This document shows positions 28,847-37,821 of a stretch of 64,000 nt of DNA, piece after piece (positions within the stretch are counted from its first letter, which is position 1; every line of letters starts with the position of its first letter). A model generated the notes under the pieces. The model was given only the letters and a program-made list of their open reading frames with translations, did not search any database and had not been told where the DNA came from. The position numbers and the translations under genes were made by a program. Location: contig MGKI01000011.1 in NCBI GenBank assembly GCA_001795615.1, positions 44,996 to 108,995 on the forward strand, in the 5' to 3' direction. The DNA comes from Candidatus Yanofskybacteria bacterium RIFCSPLOWO2_01_FULL_42_49 (GTDB taxonomy: Bacteria; Patescibacteriota; Minisyncoccia; 2-02-FULL-40-12; GWA2-44-9).

Positions 28847-29365
28847 CTATAATTGGTTGTCTTCGAGCTGCTTTTCTTCTTGTTCGTTTGTTTCTTGTTC
28901 TCTGTCTTTCTTCTCTTTCGCCGGCGGCGCATCATCTTTCCCAGGTTCGCCTATTTCTCGATAGATTGTGCCCAATACTCCGTTAACAAATTTCCCGGAC
29001 GACTCTCCGCCGAACGATTTTGCCAGTTCAATTGCCTCATTGATGGCAACTTTGGGAGGCACCTCTTCCCTGTTGCCGAAAAGCAGTTCATAAAGCCCGA
29101 GACGAAGAACATTGCGATCAATAACAGCTATCTGTTCAAGCGGCCACTGGGGTGCAGCCTTTTCAATAATTTTATCCAGCTCTTTAATATGTTCAATAAC
29201 TCCGTTGATAAGATTACGGATAAACGACGGATCTTCCACTCCGGCTGCAAACTCTTTGATATTTCTTTCTACCACCTCAGACAGCATCTCTTCTTTTCTG
29301 CCTCGAAAATCCCACTCATAAAGGGACTGCATAGCAACACTTCTAGAAAGATGTCTACTGGCCAT
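28847..29365 (-). CDS. nusB: Transcription antitermination factor NusB with acidic/Lys-rich C-terminal tail.
   Basis: [20 protein letters not shown]… NusB fold pattern. 172 aa. Confidence 0.7.
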   Translation of the reverse strand: MASRHLSRSVAMQSLYEWDFRGRKEEMLSEVVERNIKEFAAGVEDPSFIRNLINGVIEHIKELDKIIEKAAPQWPLEQIAVIDRNVLRLGLYELLFGNREEVPPKVAINEAIELAKSFGGESSGKFVNGVLGTIYREIGEPGKDDAPPAKEKKDREQETNEQEEKQLEDNQL

Positions 29366-29485
29366 CTTTTAAATTTCTAATATCTAATTCCTAATTACCA
29401 ATAAAATGTCCGATGGATTTAATGTCTAATTGGAAATTTAGAATTTAATATTTTATTAGTAATTAGGTATTAGTAATTAGACATT

Positions 29486-29701
29486 CTATTTCCCCGCCTT
29501 CTTCTCCTTCTTCTTCAACTCTTTCGCCAAAACATTTATAACTTCCCTGCCCTTATAATAGCCGCAATTTTTACAAACAATGTGCGGCAAAATCTCACGA
29601 TTACAGTGAGAACATTTAACTAATTTCTTCGGCTTCAGAGCAAGGTGGCTTCGCCTTCGAAGCTGTTTGCCCTTTGCCATATGATGTCTTGGTACTGCCA
29701 T
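29486..29701 (-). CDS. rpmF: 50S ribosomal protein L32 with Lys-rich tail.
   Basis: MAVPRHHMAKGKQLRRRSH…C-x2-C…C-x2-C zinc-ribbon L32 pattern. 71 aa. Confidence 0.7.
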   Translation of the reverse strand: MAVPRHHMAKGKQLRRRSHLALKPKKLVKCSHCNREILPHIVCKNCGYYKGREVINVLAKELKKKEKKAGK

Positions 29702-29812
29702 GGTTTACAAACATTAACACGGAAAACTAGTTTTTGCAAATAAATATCCGAGCGTTAAATGTTGTCCACAATTGTCGTAAACTTTTTTAGAGTGTTAGAA
29801 TGAGGTTATGAA

Positions 29813-29871
29813 CCCCCACACTCATACAAGCGAAAGCTCCAAACAAGAAAATCGCTCGATGAGTGTGGGGG
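29813..29871 (+). promoter_or_regulatory. 13-bp perfect inverted repeat (cccccacactcat … atgagtgtggggg) whose 3' arm contains the dnaE start codon.
   Basis: Seen directly in the sequence. The 33-nt loop carries no obvious SD. Candidate translational control hairpin. Confidence 0.4.
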
Positions 29872-32800
29872 TGAAATTCATTCACCTTCACACTCACTCC
29901 CATTACTCTCTCCTTGACGGACTCTCTAAGGTGAGTGGCATGGTCAAACTGGCAAAGAAACATGGGATGACCGCTATCGGACTGACTGACCATGGGGCAA
30001 TGTACGGAGCTATCGACTTTTACACAGCCTGCGTAAAAAACGGCATCAAGCCCATCATCGGCATAGAAGTATATGTGGCCAACCGCTCCCGTCTTCAAAA
30101 AGAATCTCATGTCGATAACAAACGCTATCATCTAACGCTTCTCGCCAAAAACAATACCGGCTATCAAAATTTAATAAAGCTCACAACCTCCGCCCACTTG
30201 GAGGGCTATTATTATAAACCCCGCGTCGACAAGGACCTGCTTCGCTCCCACGCCGAGGGACTTATCGCCCTCTCCGGCTGTCCAGCCGGCGAACTTGGCC
30301 GGGCTATCCAATCAGGAAACAAAGATAAGGCCGAAGCGGTTATCAGAGAATACCAAGAAATCTTCGGTCTGGAGAATTATTACTTAGAAATAATGCACCA
30401 TCCGGATGTTGAATTTTTCCAAGAATGGAGAGAAGCCCTCATTGAGTTCTCAAGAAAACTCAATATCCCGTTAGTCGCCACCCAGGACTCTCACTACCTT
30501 CACCCAGACGATGCGTTCGCCCACAAAACTTTGGTTGCCATTTCAACAAACACTGACATTGGGGACACCGCCATCTTTTCCGGCAACGGACAGTATCACT
30601 TTATCTCCACCGAGGAAGCCCTTGAGTGGTTTAAAGATATTCCGGAAGCGGTTGAAAACACCGAAAAAGTCGCCGAAAGATGCAATGTTAATTTAACTTT
30701 GGGCAAATTTATTTTCCCAGACTTTGTTCTTGAACCAGGCAAAACAGCCGATCAAATGCTCAATGAACTTACTTTCAAGGGCGCGCAAGAACGAGGATTA
30801 GACAACAGCCCAGAGGCTGAAGAAAGACGCCGTTACGAACTTGAAATCATTAAAAATAAAAATTACTCCCCCTATTTCCTTGTTGTTGCCGACCTACTTC
30901 GATTTGCCCGAGAATCCAAAATTTACACAACCGTCCGCGGTTCAGTCGCCGGCTCTTTGGTGGCATATCTGGCCGGTATCACCAATGTTAATCCCCTGGA
31001 ATTCCAGCTCCCGTTTGAGCGGTTTTTAAACCCCTTCCGGCCCTCGGCTCCGGATATTGACATGGACTTTGCCGACAACCGGCGGGGAGAAGTCATAGAA
31101 TACGCCAAACAGAAATACGGAGCTGACAAGGTAGCTCAAATTGGAACATTCGGCACCATGCTGGCCCGGGGAGCAGTCCGCGACGTAGCAAGAGCACTGG
31201 GGAAGCCGTATGATGTCGGCGATCGTATTGCCAAACTCATACCAATGGGATCCCAAGGATTCCCGATGACGATAGATCGCGCCATGAAACTGGAGCCGGG
31301 GTTAAATAATCTTTACAAACAGGATCTTGAAGCTCGTCAAATCCTTGATGTTGCAAAAAAACTTGAAGGCACAGTCCGACATGTGTCGGTTCACGCCGCC
31401 GGCGTAGTTATCGCCCCCAGACCCTTAACTGAATATGTACCAATACAATTTGACCCCAAGGAGGACGGCAATCTAATCACTCAATATGACATGTACACAG
31501 TCGGCGAAGACGGCGTGGGCCTTACCAAGCTTGATTTTCTGGGAATCCGCAACCTGGCAATCTTAGGAAACGCGGTTCATTTGGTTAAAAAACACAGGGA
31601 CATCGACATTGACATTGAAAAGATACCCTTTGACGATAAGAAAACATTTGAAATGCTGGCCAGAGGAGAAACCGAGGGACTTTTTCAATTAAACGGTTCA
31701 GGTATGACCAAATATCTGGTCGAATTAAAACCGACCTCAATTCATGATATCAATCTCATGGTTGCTTTATACCGTCCGGGGCCGATAAATAACATCGCAG
31801 AATATATTGCCAGAAAACAAGGCCGAAGCCCAATCAGATATTTCCACCCAAAAGCCAAACAATGGCTTGAAAAATCATACGGAGTATTGGTCTATCAGGA
31901 CGATCTCTTGTTTACCGCCTTGGAATTGGCCGGTTATAACTGGGAATCGGTTGATAAATTTCGCAAAGCGGTTGGTAAAAAAATACCTGCCGAAATGGCC
32001 AAACAGCACGAAATTTTTGTCCAGGGCTGCCAAACTCACAGCGGAATGACACAGGTGCAAGCAGAACAGATATGGAATTTATTTGAACCTTTCCAGGGAT
32101 ATGGCTTCAACAAGGCCCACGCCGCCTGTTACGGCCGCGTCGCTTACCAAACCGCATACATGAAGGCAAACTTCCCGGCCGAATACATGTGTGCCGTGCT
32201 CACGGCCGAAGCCGGCGATACGGAAAAAATAGCCGGGGTAATATCCGAGTGTCAACGAATGGGAATACCCGTACTGCCGCCGGACATTAACAGTTCGTTC
32301 AAAGATTTTACGGTAATAAAAAACCGACCATTAGCCATTAGCTATCAGCCATTAGCCGATAAAATTAGATTTGGGCTTTTAACAATTAAAAACCTCGGCG
32401 AGGGTGTTGCCGACGCTGTTATTGCCGAACGAGAAGCCAGCGGACCGTATAAAGACACGGAGGATTTCGTAATTAGGATCAGAAATAAAGATTTAAATAA
32501 AAAGTCATTTGAATCATTGGTAAAATGCGGAGCCTTCGACACATTTGGCGAACGCAGCACATTATTATTTAATATGGAGAATCTTCTAACTTATGCCCGG
32601 GACAGGCAAAAAAATAACAATCTCGGCCAAACAAGCTTATTCGGCGGATCACTTGAAGTCGCTCTTCCTCCGCTTCGCCTTGTTGAAACAACGCCCGCTT
32701 CCAACTCTGAAAAACTTATGTGGGAAAAGGAACTCCTTGGACTGTTTGTTTCTAGCCATCCGCTTAATGAATATCAGACGGCTTTAAAGTTTGAGAGAGT

Positions 32801-33089
32801 CTTACCAATTAAAAATGTATCGTCGGCAACAGCAGGACAAATTAAAATAGGCGGAATGATTACCAAAACCCAGAGAATTACGACTAAGACCGGCAGACCG
32901 ATGATCTTTTCATGGCTTGAAGACCTTACATCAAAGATAGAGGTGGTAGTGTTTCCAAATGTTTTTGAAAAGAACCCCGACATCTGGAAAGAAAACAGCA
33001 TTGTCGTTGCCACCGGAAAAATAAACGACCGCGACGGAACTCTCAAATTACTTTGCGACGAGGTTAAGGCTATCGCGGCAACTGTCTAA
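29859..33089 (+). CDS. dnaE: DNA polymerase III alpha subunit.
   Basis: PHP domain MSVGVKFIHLHTHSHYSLLDG, polymerase core, and OB fold at the C-terminus. About 1076 aa from ATG 29859. The track's 29808 start adds an atypical 17-aa N-terminal extension. Confidence 0.9.
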   Translation: MSVGVKFIHLHTHSHYSLLDGLSKVSGMVKLAKKHGMTAIGLTDHGAMYGAIDFYTACVKNGIKPIIGIEVYVANRSRLQKESHVDNKRYHLTLLAKNNTGYQNLIKLTTSAHLEGYYYKPRVDKDLLRSHAEGLIALSGCPAGELGRAIQSGNKDKAEAVIREYQEIFGLENYYLEIMHHPDVEFFQEWREALIEFSRKLNIPLVATQDSHYLHPDDAFAHKTLVAISTNTDIGDTAIFSGNGQYHFISTEEALEWFKDIPEAVENTEKVAERCNVNLTLGKFIFPDFVLEPGKTADQMLNELTFKGAQERGLDNSPEAEERRRYELEIIKNKNYSPYFLVVADLLRFARESKIYTTVRGSVAGSLVAYLAGITNVNPLEFQLPFERFLNPFRPSAPDIDMDFADNRRGEVIEYAKQKYGADKVAQIGTFGTMLARGAVRDVARALGKPYDVGDRIAKLIPMGSQGFPMTIDRAMKLEPGLNNLYKQDLEARQILDVAKKLEGTVRHVSVHAAGVVIAPRPLTEYVPIQFDPKEDGNLITQYDMYTVGEDGVGLTKLDFLGIRNLAILGNAVHLVKKHRDIDIDIEKIPFDDKKTFEMLARGETEGLFQLNGSGMTKYLVELKPTSIHDINLMVALYRPGPINNIAEYIARKQGRSPIRYFHPKAKQWLEKSYGVLVYQDDLLFTALELAGYNWESVDKFRKAVGKKIPAEMAKQHEIFVQGCQTHSGMTQVQAEQIWNLFEPFQGYGFNKAHAACYGRVAYQTAYMKANFPAEYMCAVLTAEAGDTEKIAGVISECQRMGIPVLPPDINSSFKDFTVIKNRPLAISYQPLADKIRFGLLTIKNLGEGVADAVIAEREASGPYKDTEDFVIRIRNKDLNKKSFESLVKCGAFDTFGERSTLLFNMENLLTYARDRQKNNNLGQTSLFGGSLEVALPPLRLVETTPASNSEKLMWEKELLGLFVSSHPLNEYQTALKFERVLPIKNVSSATAGQIKIGGMITKTQRITTKTGRPMIFSWLEDLTSKIEVVVFPNVFEKNPDIWKENSIVVATGKINDRDGTLKLLCDEVKAIAATV

Positions 33090-33145
33090 AGAGGAACCTG
33101 CTTCTCTTTTTTGCTAATCACTTTTCTGATATTCTGATAAATAAC

Positions 33146-34366
33146 ATGACGGCAGACGAAAAAACCCTAAAAGACCATCGGGACATAGGCCAAGCATTGG
33201 ATCTTTTTAGTTTCCACGAAATCGCTCCAGGAGCGCCGTTTTGGCATGCTAAAGGAATGACTATTTTTAAGGAGCTGGAAAAACTTGCCAGAGAAATAAA
33301 CGAACAGGAACATTATCTTGAGATTTCGACTCCGATTCTGGTCAAAAAAGAAGTCTTTGTAAAATCAGGCCATTGGGATCATTACCGCGATAACATGTTT
33401 TACTTTGCTAATCCACGGGACGAAAACGAAATGCTGGTTGTGAAACCCATGAACTGTCCCGAATCAACCTACATCTACAATTCTCGAACAAGAAGCTACC
33501 GCGATTTGCCGTTGCGGTTAGCCGAGATTGGGCGCTTAAACCGAAACGAGCTTTCTGGCACCTTAGGCGGCTTATTCAGGGTCAGACAAATCACCATGGA
33601 TGACGCCCATATCTATCTTCGACCCGACCAAGTTGAAGAAGAAATCGTTAAAATAATCGCTACAATCAAGAAATTTTACGATATGTTCGGTTTTAAAACT
33701 ACCTATGTCTTGGCCACCAGTCCAAAAGATGCCCTGGGAAGCAAAGAAGAGTGGAATATGGCAGAAAAAGCGCTTAAAAACGCTCTAGAGATCGCCGATG
33801 TTAAATATACAATTGCAAAAGGCGAGGGGGCTTTTTACGGACCCAAAATAGAAGCACACTTGAGAGATTCTCAGGATCGTGATTGGCAAATGGGCACAGC
33901 TCAATTGGACTTGGTGATGCTCCCCAAACAGTTTGATGTTTTTTACACCGACGAAAATGGCCAACAGAAAATGCCATGGGTTATCCATAGATCTATTTTC
34001 GGTTCGTTCGAAAGATTTATCGGGGTCTTGCTTGAACATACCGCCGGAGCTTTTCCTGTTTGGCTCTCTCCCGTTCAAGTGGTAATATTACCTATCACAG
34101 AAAAACAGAACGAGTGGGCAAAAAGCATCTGCCAAGAATTAAAGGGGGCCGGCATACGCTCGGAAATAAATCTGGAAAATGAAACCCTCGGCAAAAAAAT
34201 ACGCGAAGCCGAAACACAAAAAATTCCCTACCTTCTTGTCGTGGGAGACAAAGAGGTCCAAGCCGGAACTGTTGCAGTCAGACAAAGGGGTAAGGGTGAT
34301 ACTGGCCAGATAAAAGTTGAAGAATTTATAGAAAAAATTAAAAAAGAAATAAACGATAAAAGCTAG
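33146..34366 (+). CDS. thrS: Threonyl-tRNA synthetase, catalytic plus anticodon-binding domains only (no N-terminal TGS/editing domains).
   Basis: KDHRDIGQALDLFSFHEIAPGAPFWHAKGMTIF aligns with the start of the ThrRS class II core. Only 56 nt separate it from dnaE upstream. 406 aa. Confidence 0.8.
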   Translation: MTADEKTLKDHRDIGQALDLFSFHEIAPGAPFWHAKGMTIFKELEKLAREINEQEHYLEISTPILVKKEVFVKSGHWDHYRDNMFYFANPRDENEMLVVKPMNCPESTYIYNSRTRSYRDLPLRLAEIGRLNRNELSGTLGGLFRVRQITMDDAHIYLRPDQVEEEIVKIIATIKKFYDMFGFKTTYVLATSPKDALGSKEEWNMAEKALKNALEIADVKYTIAKGEGAFYGPKIEAHLRDSQDRDWQMGTAQLDLVMLPKQFDVFYTDENGQQKMPWVIHRSIFGSFERFIGVLLEHTAGAFPVWLSPVQVVILPITEKQNEWAKSICQELKGAGIRSEINLENETLGKKIREAETQKIPYLLVVGDKEVQAGTVAVRQRGKGDTGQIKVEEFIEKIKKEINDKS

Positions 34367-34441
34367 AAAACCCCGAAAGGGGTTTTTAGATATTTTTTCC
34401 AGAATTTGCAAAATAGCAAAATTTAAAGGCCCATAAGGGCC

Positions 34442-35044
34442 CTAAAGTATTCTGCTCCAGCCGTATATCACTCCGACAGTCTTTAGAAAGTTGCCGATAG
34501 ATAAAGCGATAAAACCCATTTTCCATCTAGCAGTTCCGCACAATACATCAGGCAAAACGCGAAAACCCGGAATCGGCATCAGGCCGAATATAAATACCGT
34601 AATCACTCCCCCGCTTTTCAATAAGACAACAAGCCATTTTAAGATCCCGTTTATGTTACGAAATAACCATCTCTTAGAAACTGGCTCTTCATAGTACTCT
34701 TTGTTGTCCGTAAATTTTAGATATTTTCTGGTAAGACGTATTTCGAGACCTTCTACAAAATTATCCACGCCCTCCTCGCCTCTCAACTTTTTAATAAACT
34801 CTTTATTTTTGAGCCATTTGTCAAAAAGTAGTCCTCTAAAACCCGACCAGCCGTTATAGCCCCCCAACATTTCTAAAAATCCGATGGAACCGACGATTAA
34901 TACTATCACCGGCTTAGTGAATAATTTGTTTCTTATCAAAAACGGGGCAATAATATAATCGGGATTAAAATAAGATAGGAGGTAAACACAAGCAAGAAGA
35001 AAAACAGGCCAAAGTTCCAAAAATTTGGACTTTTTGCTGCTCAC
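34442..35044 (-). CDS. Hypothetical polytopic membrane protein.
   Basis: Several hydrophobic helices. 200 aa. Flanked by a terminator hairpin ggcccataagggcc. Confidence 0.45.
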   Translation of the reverse strand: MSSKKSKFLELWPVFLLACVYLLSYFNPDYIIAPFLIRNKLFTKPVIVLIVGSIGFLEMLGGYNGWSGFRGLLFDKWLKNKEFIKKLRGEEGVDNFVEGLEIRLTRKYLKFTDNKEYYEEPVSKRWLFRNINGILKWLVVLLKSGGVITVFIFGLMPIPGFRVLPDVLCGTARWKMGFIALSIGNFLKTVGVIYGWSRIL

Positions 35045-35092
35045 ATGCTGTACCTATTTTCTTGTTAAGAAACTTAGTTTATTCTACCTAAC

Positions 35093-36142
35093 ATGGCAGC
35101 TAAAATCAATCCGCCAGCTGGCGGACAAAAACTAATCGTCATTGTAGGCCCGACGGCTTCAGGAAAGTCGGATTTGGGCATCAAAATTGCTAAAAAAATT
35201 TCCGCCAGAGGCGGACCAGCCTCTGGCTGGAACGGTGCGGAAATAATTTCCGCGGATAGCCGACAAGTTTATCGTGGAATGGACGTCGGAACAGGAAAAG
35301 TTTTGCGAGACAAAACTTTTCCTGTTCCGAGTTCAAAAGTTAAAAGTGAAAAGTTAAAAGTTTTAAGAAATTATTTTTATTCTTCGGGGATTCGACATCA
35401 TTTGATAGATGTTGCTTCACCGAAAAAACAATTTACGGCTGATGACTTTAAAAGATTAGGGCAAAAAGCAATAAAAGAAATACTCGAGAAAAATAAAATC
35501 CCCATCATTGTCGGAGGTACCGGATTTTACATTGATATCTTGCTTGGCCGAATGTCGGTTGCCGAAGTCCCGCCAAATCCCAAATTGCGTAAATGCTTCG
35601 AGAGACTCAATACGGAGCATCTTTTCAAAATGCTTCGAAAACTAGACCTCCAACGAGCTAAAACAATAGGACCCAAAAACAAGCGCCGACTTATCCGAGC
35701 ATTGGAGATAATTCTAATAACCGGCAGACCGATACCAAAACCAGTATTAAGTATAAAGTATAAAGTATTATGGTTAGGGTTAAATCCTAAAAACTTGAAA
35801 GAGAGAATTAAGGTTCGCCTAGACGAGCGACTAAAACAAGGGATGATTGAAGAAGTTATAAATTTGCGCAAGCAAGGGGTAAGCTGGAAACGGCTTGATG
35901 GTTTCGGACTGGAATACCGCTATATCTCAAAGTACCTTCGAGAATTTTCAATTTCCAATTTTCAATTTTCAAAAAAAGATTACTACAATAATTTCAAGAA
36001 ATCATTCTATTACGGTAAACTCTTAAGAGATATAATCAAATACTCAAAGCGCCAGATGACCTGGTTCAAGAGAAATGAGGAAACATGTTGGATTAAAAAT
36101 TATTTGGAAGCAGAGAAATTGACGAAAAATTTTGTCTCATAG
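35093..36142 (+). CDS. miaA: tRNA dimethylallyltransferase with three in-frame low-complexity/palindromic insertions.
   Basis: GPTASGKSDLGIKIAKK…AEIISADSRQVYRGMDVGTGK…HHLIDV MiaA signatures. Inserts are SARGGPASGW, a KVKSEKLKV block and a FSISNFQFS block. Confidence 0.85.
   Translation: MAAKINPPAGGQKLIVIVGPTASGKSDLGIKIAKKISARGGPASGWNGAEIISADSRQVYRGMDVGTGKVLRDKTFPVPSSKVKSEKLKVLRNYFYSSGIRHHLIDVASPKKQFTADDFKRLGQKAIKEILEKNKIPIIVGGTGFYIDILLGRMSVAEVPPNPKLRKCFERLNTEHLFKMLRKLDLQRAKTIGPKNKRRLIRALEIILITGRPIPKPVLSIKYKVLWLGLNPKNLKERIKVRLDERLKQGMIEEVINLRKQGVSWKRLDGFGLEYRYISKYLREFSISNFQFSKKDYYNNFKKSFYYGKLLRDIIKYSKRQMTWFKRNEETCWIKNYLEAEKLTKNFVS
35201..35230. repeat. 30-nt GC-rich double mini-hairpin, in frame within miaA.
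   Basis: tccgcc-aga-ggcgga ccagcc-tct-ggctgg, encoding SARGGPASGW. Confidence 0.8.
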
Positions 36143-36177
36143 CTCTTCCGTACGGAATAGTTGTGAGACACTCGTAT

Positions 36178-37773
36178 CTATGCTCTTAACCTTTCTCTAA
36201 ATATCCCCTCGATTATTTGGGGATTTGCTTTACCCTTTGTTTCCCGCATGGCCATGCCGACAAGAAATTTTAGCGACGCTTCTTTCCCTTTTTTATAATC
36301 TTCCACGGCTTTAGGATTATCAGCAACAACCTTGTCCACCGCCATCTCAAGATCGCCGATGCTTGATAACTGTGCAAGATCTTTTTCTTCTATTATTTTC
36401 CCCGGAGAAGCTCCGGTCGCAAACATTTCTTTCAGCACTGTCTGGGCGCCGCTTGAAGAAACCTCGCCATGGAATATTCTGACGACAAGATCGGCCAGCA
36501 TTTCCGGTAACACTTTTGTATCTGCCAGTTCAGCATAAACCTCTTCGGCCATTCGTTTTAATTCGGTGATAAGATAGTTAGCTGCTAATTTAAAAAGTTG
36601 TTTGTGATGCTCCTCCAGTTTGCCCGCCCCGTAGTGTGATTTCGATTTTTCTTTGCCGGAGGAGGCATTCGAAATCTCTACTTCGGGGTCAAAAGATAAC
36701 AATTCCGAAGCCACATGTTCAAAATAATCTCCGAGCAGTTTGTCTGTGGTAAAAAGCTTAGTGTCCTTTTCTGGCAAACCGTATTGCTTGGCAAATCTTT
36801 CTCTTCTTTGTTGCGGTAACTCTGGAAGTCGGGACTTGATGTCTTCAATGTCGACGTCTTCAAAATGAAGCGGCGGCAAGTCCGGTTCCGGGAAATATCT
36901 GTAATCCTGCGCCTCTTCCTTTGTTCTCATTAAATACGTCTCCCCTTTTTTCTCATCCCAACCCCGTGTCTCTTGCTTTACCTTCTCCCCTGCCTCAAGA
37001 AGTTCGGTTTGTCTTTTTATCTCATAATTAACAGCATCGGCGGCAAACTTAATAGAGTTAATGTTTTTAACCTCAACTTTTGTCCCTAATTTGTTTGGTA
37101 ATTGTCCGCCAACTGGCGGATTGGAAATTGGTAATTCCGGTCGAAGTGATATATTCACTTCTACGCGCATCTGTCCTTTTTCCATGTCGGCGTCGGAAAC
37201 ATTTAAGTATCTCCAAATAAGCTGCAACTCCTCCGCAAATTTTTTGACCTCCTGTCCGCTTTCAAGATCTGGTTCTGTCACCAACTCCATAAGTGGCACC
37301 CCGGCACGATTAAAATCAACCAGTGAGTAGTCGGCACCAGTCGGATGGTACAACCGTCCAGCATCTTCCTCAAGATGTATTCGTGTTATTCTTATTCGTT
37401 TCGGATTTGAAATTTCTGGTTCTGAACTTGTTTCAGATTTTATATCAAGATACCCTTCATAACACAACGGTTTCTGGTATTGAGAAATCTGATAACCCTT
37501 AGGCAAATCTGGGTAAAAGTAATTTTTTCTTTCAAAAAAGGTGTCTTTTTCAATTTTACAATTCAACGCCAATCCGGTCATAATCACTTTTTTCACAGCA
37601 TCTTCGTTTGCGACGGGCAAGGTTCCCGGATGCCCCATACAAATTGGACAGACATTAACATTCGGGTGTTTTTCATCCGGATCATTTAACGAATCACAAA
37701 ACATTTTAGTTTTTGTCTTCAGCTCGGCGTGTATTTCCAGACCGATAACTGGCTTGTATTTAGTAGCGGCCAT
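36178..37773 (-). CDS. gatB: Asp/Glu-tRNA amidotransferase subunit B. Contains a 65-nt in-frame palindromic insertion (DPEVEISNASSGKEKSKSHYGAG).
   Basis: MAATKYKPVIGLEIHAELKTKTKMFC…NVCPICMGHPGTLP GatB N-terminus. 531 aa. Confidence 0.85.
   Translation of the reverse strand: MAATKYKPVIGLEIHAELKTKTKMFCDSLNDPDEKHPNVNVCPICMGHPGTLPVANEDAVKKVIMTGLALNCKIEKDTFFERKNYFYPDLPKGYQISQYQKPLCYEGYLDIKSETSSEPEISNPKRIRITRIHLEEDAGRLYHPTGADYSLVDFNRAGVPLMELVTEPDLESGQEVKKFAEELQLIWRYLNVSDADMEKGQMRVEVNISLRPELPISNPPVGGQLPNKLGTKVEVKNINSIKFAADAVNYEIKRQTELLEAGEKVKQETRGWDEKKGETYLMRTKEEAQDYRYFPEPDLPPLHFEDVDIEDIKSRLPELPQQRRERFAKQYGLPEKDTKLFTTDKLLGDYFEHVASELLSFDPEVEISNASSGKEKSKSHYGAGKLEEHHKQLFKLAANYLITELKRMAEEVYAELADTKVLPEMLADLVVRIFHGEVSSSGAQTVLKEMFATGASPGKIIEEKDLAQLSSIGDLEMAVDKVVADNPKAVEDYKKGKEASLKFLVGMAMRETKGKANPQIIEGIFRERLRA
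36624..36688. repeat. 65-nt imperfect palindromic element, in frame in gatB.
   Basis: cccgccccgtagtgtgatttcgatttttctttgccggaggaggcattcgaaatctctacttcgggg. Arms cccgtagtgtgatttcga and tcgaaatctctacttcggg. Confidence 0.8.
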
Positions 37774-37821
37774 AACTACATTAAAATACCATTATTTTTT
37801 GTAATAAAAAAGTCTCCATTA

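Noticed and set aside
30270-30300. Hairpin ccggctg-tc-cagccgg inside dnaE as another inserted mini-element
   Set aside because: The encoded LSGCPAGELG aligns with the normal DnaE sequence (LSG…GEV), so there is no indel and it is coincidental.
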